From Patescibacteria group bacterium (GTDB lineage Bacteria > Patescibacteriota > Patescibacteriia > UBA10025 > JAHIVO01): a stretch of DNA of 64,000 nt. The stretch covers positions 29,002 through 93,001 of the forward strand of contig JBMOKY010000001.1 of the NCBI GenBank assembly GCA_049325535.1, read 5' to 3'. Below the pieces are notes generated by a model, which saw only the letters and a program-made list of their open reading frames with translations, did not search any database and was not told the origin of the DNA. How positions within the stretch are numbered: position 1 is the first letter of the stretch; each line of letters starts with the position of its first letter. Below, one piece after another: positions 56,838 through 64,000 of this stretch. The position numbers and the translations under genes were made by a program.

Positions 56838-57136
56838 ACTCTGGGAGGGTATTGTGAAAGCGCTCCTGGTCCCGTATCAGGCGTAGCCATGGTACGGGAT
56901 AACCATCTGAGCTCGTCGCCCCAAAAAACAAACAAAAAACACAGCTATTATTGACTAGATTCTATCAGGTTATGACGAAATTGCAACGGCATAGCTGTGC
57001 TGCTTGGTGGAGGGGTCCCTTAACACCTGAAAAGCGATAAGAATTTGCCAGAGTTCCGTTATGTTCATCCCGCCATTGCTGGCGTAGATGGACGACCGTT
57101 TAATCTAAGATTTGCATCTTAGAAAAATTCTCCTTA

Positions 57137-58654
<1,518 letters not shown>

Positions 58655-59088
58655 GAGAGATTGCTTCCATCTGCGGAAAACAGATGGATGGCTCTCAATA
58701 ATTGTAATCGCTTTGTTGACCTGTGCGATAAGCAGGTTGTGATTAATACCAGCGCTCTTCGCGCGTGATAATAACCGTGGAATCTGGTAATGTTCTTACC
58801 ACTTTTCAGTTGTTAATGGACTCCAAGACGATTGTTATAAGGATGGCCGTACCTGGACCTGTACGCTGCTTGAAATCAGCTGGTCTCAGGAGGCATTCGC
58901 AGATAAAGTTGAAATAAAAAATCCTGGGTGGCCAGGATGCATAATTATTACGAAGAAATTCAGTGATTTGAAAATTGTTCGTAATTAATATGCTCGCTAG
59001 GCCATTTCCTTTCTTTTTTCTGTCAACTTAGCGAATTTTCATCCACCAATCGTGGTGTGGATTATTGTAAGCTATTTCCCAGATAGTG

Positions 59089-59745
59089 TCAAGAATTTGT
59101 CCTCTGGGCAGATTTTCCAGTCCGCCAGGCCTTAATTTCCTTATGATTTCCCGATAGCAATTCATTTGGCACCCGCTTGCCTTTAAAAGTTTCTGGACGG
59201 GTGTACTGGGGATATTCGAGGTAGCCAGTGGTGCTATGTGACTCCTCCGTGGTGGATGTTGAGTCCCCGAGCACGCCGGGGATGAGCCTCGTCACCGCGT
59301 CCGTGATTACGAGTGATGGCAGTTCACCGCCCGTTAGTACATAGTTGCCAATCGAGATTTCTTCATCCACGTAATGCATAATCCGCTCATCGACGCCTTC
59401 GTAATGGCCGGCGATGAGGATGAGGTGGTTGTATTTTTTTGCATAGCTCTGAGCCATTTTATGATCAAAGGTTTTACCTTTGGCTGAGAGAAGGATGGTC
59501 CGCGCTTTCTTTTTGCGTCTGATTGATTTTAAACAACGATAAATCGGCTCCACCTTCATGACCATACCGGGGCCACCGCCGTAGGGTCGATCATCGGTGG
59601 TGTGGTGTTTGTCAGTAGCATAGTCGCGGATATTATGTATCTGCACGTCAATAAGTTTGTTTTTCCGCGCTCGTTTCAAAATACTCTCGCCAAGGTAAGA
59701 GTTATATATGTCGGGGAATATGGTCAGAAGGTCGAAGCGATACAT
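59089..59745 (-). CDS. trmD: tRNA (guanine37-N1)-methyltransferase
   Basis: DDRPYGGGPGMVM, GHYEGVDER, SIGNYVLTGGE, EYPQYTRP, LLSGNH. Confidence 0.98.
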   Translation of the reverse strand: MYRFDLLTIFPDIYNSYLGESILKRARKNKLIDVQIHNIRDYATDKHHTTDDRPYGGGPGMVMKVEPIYRCLKSIRRKKKARTILLSAKGKTFDHKMAQSYAKKYNHLILIAGHYEGVDERIMHYVDEEISIGNYVLTGGELPSLVITDAVTRLIPGVLGDSTSTTEESHSTTGYLEYPQYTRPETFKGKRVPNELLSGNHKEIKAWRTGKSAQRTNS

Positions 59746-59814
59746 AGTGTCAGTATAAACCAAAAACCGCCTGGGGTATACCCGGGACGGTTTTGGCGAT
59801 TTTTTGTATCGAAT

Positions 59815-60138
59815 TTATATTTTGAGATCGTCGACAGCTGAGGTGTCAGCTTCTTCTTCACGTGATCCACCTCTGTTCCCTTTGCGGAAACCTTCTGGTT
59901 CGTGGATCTTCAAGTTGACGCGTGCGTGGTTTTTGGCGCCGACGACACGGAGTAGGGTGCGAACGGCTTTTGCCGTTTGGCCCTGCCGGCCAATCACCTG
60001 TCCGAGGTCCTGGGGATTCACCTTGAGGGTGATGAGTACCCCCATCTCATCGACGGTTCGATCCGAGGAAACATCCTCGGGACGGTCAACGAGTGCCTTT
60101 ACCACGTACTCGACAAACTCTTGATCTTTTTCTGCCAT
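59815..60138 (-). CDS. khpA: KH-domain RNA-binding protein KhpA
   Basis: VKALVD.PEDV, DLGQVIGRQG.TAKAVRTLL; rpsP-trmD context. Confidence 0.92.
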   Translation of the reverse strand: MAEKDQEFVEYVVKALVDRPEDVSSDRTVDEMGVLITLKVNPQDLGQVIGRQGQTAKAVRTLLRVVGAKNHARVNLKIHEPEGFRKGNRGGSREEEADTSAVDDLKI

Positions 60139-60274
60139 GTTCGTCGATACGTTAGCTGCTGATTAATTGATGTGCATTGTGTTGTTTGGTACCAGTCTGT
60201 CGACCAAAGCAGAGCTGGACGTATTCACAGGATACCAACGCCCCCCGGGAGTGTCAACCCCGCGAAATCGGCCA

Positions 60275-62410
60275 CTAGTAGCAGGCGATTGATTCATAGA
60301 TGCTGGTGCAGTGCATGATGCCCCATTTGTTTTTTCGGCAGGTATCGCGCACGGTGACGCTGACCGGAAGCTGAGTTACATTCGTACCATCGCTGACCAT
60401 AGCATTGACGAGATAGGTGCCGGCACTGTGTTCATCGGTGAACCAGGCAAATGAATGCCGCCCCGGCCAGCATCCGGACATATCCACAAAACGCGGATCA
60501 TCTACCCAATAGGTCAGAGCGTCACCCTCTGGGTCGGTGGCATTGATAGTGATGACGGCCCGCTGGCGCTCATCGACGGCAATCGAATCGATCGGCGCGA
60601 TGGCCGGCGGGCAGTTGTCACATACGGTGGGCGTGGTGAGCGGGTAATGGTCTGTCACCGTGCCCGCTAGAAACAGCGGTTCGTCACAAATGCCATCGGA
60701 ATTTACGTCCGCGCATCCCTCGCTGGGCTCGTCGTAGTCGCTGTAGTAATTACCTCGGCCATCCACGTCGGCTACCCCTTCATAAACTAACGCCTGATAA
60801 TAGCTGTCCGACATGCTATGGTATCCGTTTTCCACAAACGTATTTCCCGTGACGACCGTTCCAGTTAGTTCATCGTGCATATATACTGCCGAACCGCCGA
60901 AGAGGCCATCGTACCAGCCATTGTGATAGAAATAATTCTCGGTAATATGCCAGTTTACTGCCACACCGGGTAGCGACACCGCCACCCCGTCGAATACCTG
61001 GTAGCTGATATGGTTATGACTGATGGTGACATCGCTGATCGGTACCTGGGGCGCCTGATCCGGCCATGATTGATAATACATCACCCGGATCCCCCACTGA
61101 CAGTAACTGATGTCATTGTCCGTGAGCGTGGTATGGGAGGTGCCATTGGCGAGACTGATGCCATTGGCTGATCCGGTCGGACAGACGATGGTATTGCCGG
61201 TTGCGGTGTTGTCATGGGGAAAATAGTGGGTAGGGACGCCTCCGTCGGTTATGGTTTGGTATTGGAAATATAAACCATTCAAAATAAATACCTCAATATT
61301 GTTGTTACGTATCGTATTGTGATGGGCGTCGTGGAGTATGGCAACAGCGGCTGTATAATTTTCCACCCGAATGGTATTGTCTTCGATCAAGTTATTGTAC
61401 GCCGCTTGGCGGTATGCTGGATTGATTGGATTATAGTTAGACGGAAATCCATCGAGCTGTATGGCCATCAGTTCACCGCCGTACGTATTTTCATTGCGAA
61501 TAGTGTTGTGGTGGATGTGGTTATCATGGGCGCCACGGTCAAGTTTGACGGCAACGCCGGGTGGCGTAGTCTGGGTCGGGCCTCCCTGAGCCGCCCAATC
61601 AAACGTATTGTGGTGAATTTCATTGGAGCTCGAATCCTGGAAAATATGGACGCCTTTGTTGTTGTGGGTGGTATTGTAGGCTATGGTATTGTCGGACGAT
61701 TGGGCGGTGAGAATGGTGAAATATGCGTCCGGCCACCAATACCCATCGTCATTGTCCGCCGATCGTACATTATTCATTACGCTGCTCTGGGTGACGTGCG
61801 CCAGATATATGTCAGCCCAGTAGAGAGATTGATTGATGAATGTGTTATTCGTGACCGTGAGATCGGCGATGGTCCCGAGGCTGGTATTTTCACTGCCCGC
61901 CCATACCGATACGAAAAAATTTTTGAATGTGCAGTTTTTTACCGTGATCCCGCTTCGTCCCGGGTAGACGTATACCCCATCTGTCAGATGCTGGCTGGTG
62001 ATATCTTCTAGCGTAGCGCCATTACAGTCGAGAGTGACATCGTCAGCATCGATAGTGATCAGAGTGGTCCCCGGCGTGCTGCTATAGTAGGTGGTATCAG
62101 CGCAGAGGGTCAGGTCATCGGTCAGTGGCATCGGCGGCAGCGTGCAGTCGCCCGGTGATTGCGTTAGTGCGGTCGGAGAGAGCTTAATCGGCGTGGGCCA
62201 GCGGGTAGCGGTGATACGCAAATAGGGCGGCAGGGGGGCAGCCGTCTGATAGGCGATATGTATCGGCGTCTGGATCGTGTCTTGGCTCGTATCGATTATC
62301 TCATCGGTTATCGGTGCGAGGTCGATTGTAGCAGCGGCCGTGATGGCATCCGCTGGCGTCACCAAAGCACAGAGGGTGCCGATGGCGAGTATGTATACAA
62401 TAGTTTTCAT
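60275..62410 (-). CDS. Secreted right-handed parallel beta-helix (NosD/CASH-like) protein with C-terminal cadherin/Ig-like domain
   Basis: Signal peptide, N.I.NN.I repeats, GNYYSDY..C.D.NSDGICD.P, ATDPEGD.LTY. Confidence 0.85.
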   Translation of the reverse strand: MKTIVYILAIGTLCALVTPADAITAAATIDLAPITDEIIDTSQDTIQTPIHIAYQTAAPLPPYLRITATRWPTPIKLSPTALTQSPGDCTLPPMPLTDDLTLCADTTYYSSTPGTTLITIDADDVTLDCNGATLEDITSQHLTDGVYVYPGRSGITVKNCTFKNFFVSVWAGSENTSLGTIADLTVTNNTFINQSLYWADIYLAHVTQSSVMNNVRSADNDDGYWWPDAYFTILTAQSSDNTIAYNTTHNNKGVHIFQDSSSNEIHHNTFDWAAQGGPTQTTPPGVAVKLDRGAHDNHIHHNTIRNENTYGGELMAIQLDGFPSNYNPINPAYRQAAYNNLIEDNTIRVENYTAAVAILHDAHHNTIRNNNIEVFILNGLYFQYQTITDGGVPTHYFPHDNTATGNTIVCPTGSANGISLANGTSHTTLTDNDISYCQWGIRVMYYQSWPDQAPQVPISDVTISHNHISYQVFDGVAVSLPGVAVNWHITENYFYHNGWYDGLFGGSAVYMHDELTGTVVTGNTFVENGYHSMSDSYYQALVYEGVADVDGRGNYYSDYDEPSEGCADVNSDGICDEPLFLAGTVTDHYPLTTPTVCDNCPPAIAPIDSIAVDERQRAVITINATDPEGDALTYWVDDPRFVDMSGCWPGRHSFAWFTDEHSAGTYLVNAMVSDGTNVTQLPVSVTVRDTCRKNKWGIMHCTSIYESIACY

Positions 62411-62529
62411 GGTATATATCGCTCAAAAAATAAAAGTGGCCTTAGTATATGGTACTAAAGTAATCGTTGCATCCCCCCGACGGTTGTAAAAAACTTTTTT
62501 GCGGGAAGGTGATGGGCCAAGTAGGCGAC

Positions 62530-62883
62530 CTAGGCAGTTTTTTCAGCTGTGGGAGCAGCCGGCGCAGCAGGTTGTGCTGCTGGCGCGGTGGCGGCTGGGG
62601 TTTCCTCGGCTGGTTTTTTCTTGATATTGGCGACGGCCCGTTTTGCCTGACTGATAATTTTTTGATCGACGAGCAAGTTGTGGACGGTCCCAGACGCCTG
62701 AGCGCCGTGTGCCAACCAGTACTTGATGCGATCAGCTTTCAGGTCAGTGGCATTGGTATGCGGATTATGCGTGCCGACCAGCTCCAAATAGTCGCCTTTC
62801 GTGTCCTTGGTTTTTTCTGAAACCACGACGCGATAGAGCGGATGGTGCTTTTTGCCAATACGTGATAATCGTATCATTAACAT
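62530..62883 (-). CDS. rpsP: 30S ribosomal protein S16
   Basis: IRLSRIGKK..P.YRVVV, E.VG..NP, YWL..GAQ.S.TV. Confidence 0.98.
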   Translation of the reverse strand: MLMIRLSRIGKKHHPLYRVVVSEKTKDTKGDYLELVGTHNPHTNATDLKADRIKYWLAHGAQASGTVHNLLVDQKIISQAKRAVANIKKKPAEETPAATAPAAQPAAPAAPTAEKTA

Positions 62884-62925
62884 AGTAGCTGTATGGTAGG
62901 GAAAAGTGTCTGGCCTGTCAAGCGT

Positions 62926-64000
62926 CTAGCGATTCACTATTTTTTCCGCCTCTTCCATGTTCATGGAAAGCAGTTTGGAAACCCCATCATCTCCCATGGT
63001 GACACCGTAGAGCAGAAGGGCTTTGTTCATGGTCGCTCGATTATGGGTGATGATGATAAATTGGGTTTTATCGGAGAGGCGGTCGACGATGGCGGAAAAA
63101 CGGATGGAATTCGATTCATCCAGCGCCGCATCGACTTCGTCGAGGATTACAAACGGCGACGGGTTATTATGGATAATGGCGCAGAGCAGGGCAATAGATG
63201 TCATGGCACGCTCTCCGCCCGAAAGCATGCTGATGCCGCGCAGACGTTTGCCGGGCGGGGTGGCATGTATGTCGATACCAGTGACTACTTTTTCTCCGGT
63301 TGGCCGGGGGGCTGATTTTTCAGCTGGTGCATCGGCGTCCGCTTCATCAATATCGTCATCGTCTTCTTCATCGTCTTCATCAGTGGTTTGTTCACTTTCC
63401 GGACGGACTTCTTCGCGCACCAGACTCAAGCTGGCATTTCCGCCTTTGAAAAGTATTTTAAAGTATTCAGTGAAATGCGCGTTAATCCGTTCGAATGCTT
63501 TGGTGAATTGTTTTTTGATAGTTTCGTCCAGCTCGGCAATAATTTTTTCCAGATCATCGACGGCTTTTTGCAGGTCGGCACTCTGGGTGGTGAGAAAGTC
63601 ATAGCGTTCCTTGGTTTGTTGGTATTCGGTCGATACGTCTGTATCGATACCGCCGATCAATTCAAGCTGATGTTTCAGTTTTTGGATATCGCCGAACAGT
63701 TCGGGCTGATGATCACTTGTAGCCTCCGCCGCGTATACCGTATCCCGCTCCTCGTCGGACAGTTCGTCGACCATTTCTCGTTCCAGATCCTCCTGCCGGG
63801 TTTCAAGTTTTGCCAGCTCGATTTTGACCTCATTTTGTGACTGGATACGCTCGTTTAATTCCTGCTGCTTGCTGCGGAGTTCCTGTTGCAATTTAAATAC
63901 TTCCTCTTTCTGTTCCTGTTCACGTTCGTTGAATCCCGATAATTCCGTGTTGATACTGTCGAGTTGTGCATCCAGCTTGGCTATATGGGTAGCCAATGAC
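62926..64000 (-). CDS. smc: Chromosome segregation protein SMC, C-terminal part (begins beyond window)
   Basis: Coiled coil, PPGK, LSGGE, PFVILDEVDAALDE.N, QFIIITH, LYGVTM. Confidence 0.96.
   Translation of the reverse strand, partial: SLATHIAKLDAQLDSINTELSGFNEREQEQKEEVFKLQQELRSKQQELNERIQSQNEVKIELAKLETRQEDLEREMVDELSDEERDTVYAAEATSDHQPELFGDIQKLKHQLELIGGIDTDVSTEYQQTKERYDFLTTQSADLQKAVDDLEKIIAELDETIKKQFTKAFERINAHFTEYFKILFKGGNASLSLVREEVRPESEQTTDEDDEEDDDDIDEADADAPAEKSAPRPTGEKVVTGIDIHATPPGKRLRGISMLSGGERAMTSIALLCAIIHNNPSPFVILDEVDAALDESNSIRFSAIVDRLSDKTQFIIITHNRATMNKALLLYGVTMGDDGVSKLLSMNMEEAEKIVNR

Overview
Chromosomal segment of a Patescibacteria (CPR) bacterium. The assignment is an inference from the 16S sequence, the type IV pilus genes and the reduced gene set. 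The window runs from the end of a type IV pilus cluster (pilC/pilM/pilin) through housekeeping genes (rplS, RluA family, CCA-adding enzyme, rpsO, pnp, cmk, rnhB, nusA, H+-PPase, tig, nfo, nrdD/nrdG, trmD, khpA, rpsP, 3' part of smc). It also holds 11 tRNA genes and a 16S rRNA gene with no 23S after it. No CRISPR array, prophage or transposase was seen. Four things stand out. (1) A recurring 'nested tRNA' architecture at four loci (Cys, Gly-TCC, Phe, Ile): an intact CCA-less tRNA clamped by flanking inverted repeats sits inside a split, hairpin-riddled older copy of the same tRNA. (2) A five-gene candidate lipid salvage/remodelling operon (2x PlsC-like, adenylate-forming ligase, patatin, CarS-family cytidylyltransferase). 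(3) An ATP-grasp ligase fused to a DUF1704/MATCAP-like HExxxH peptidase, in an operon with a PKD-7TM protein and a second ATP-grasp. (4) A ~380-nt structured ncRNA candidate with its own promoter and terminator and two perfect DnaA boxes. All family calls come from motif recognition by eye; no database searches were run.
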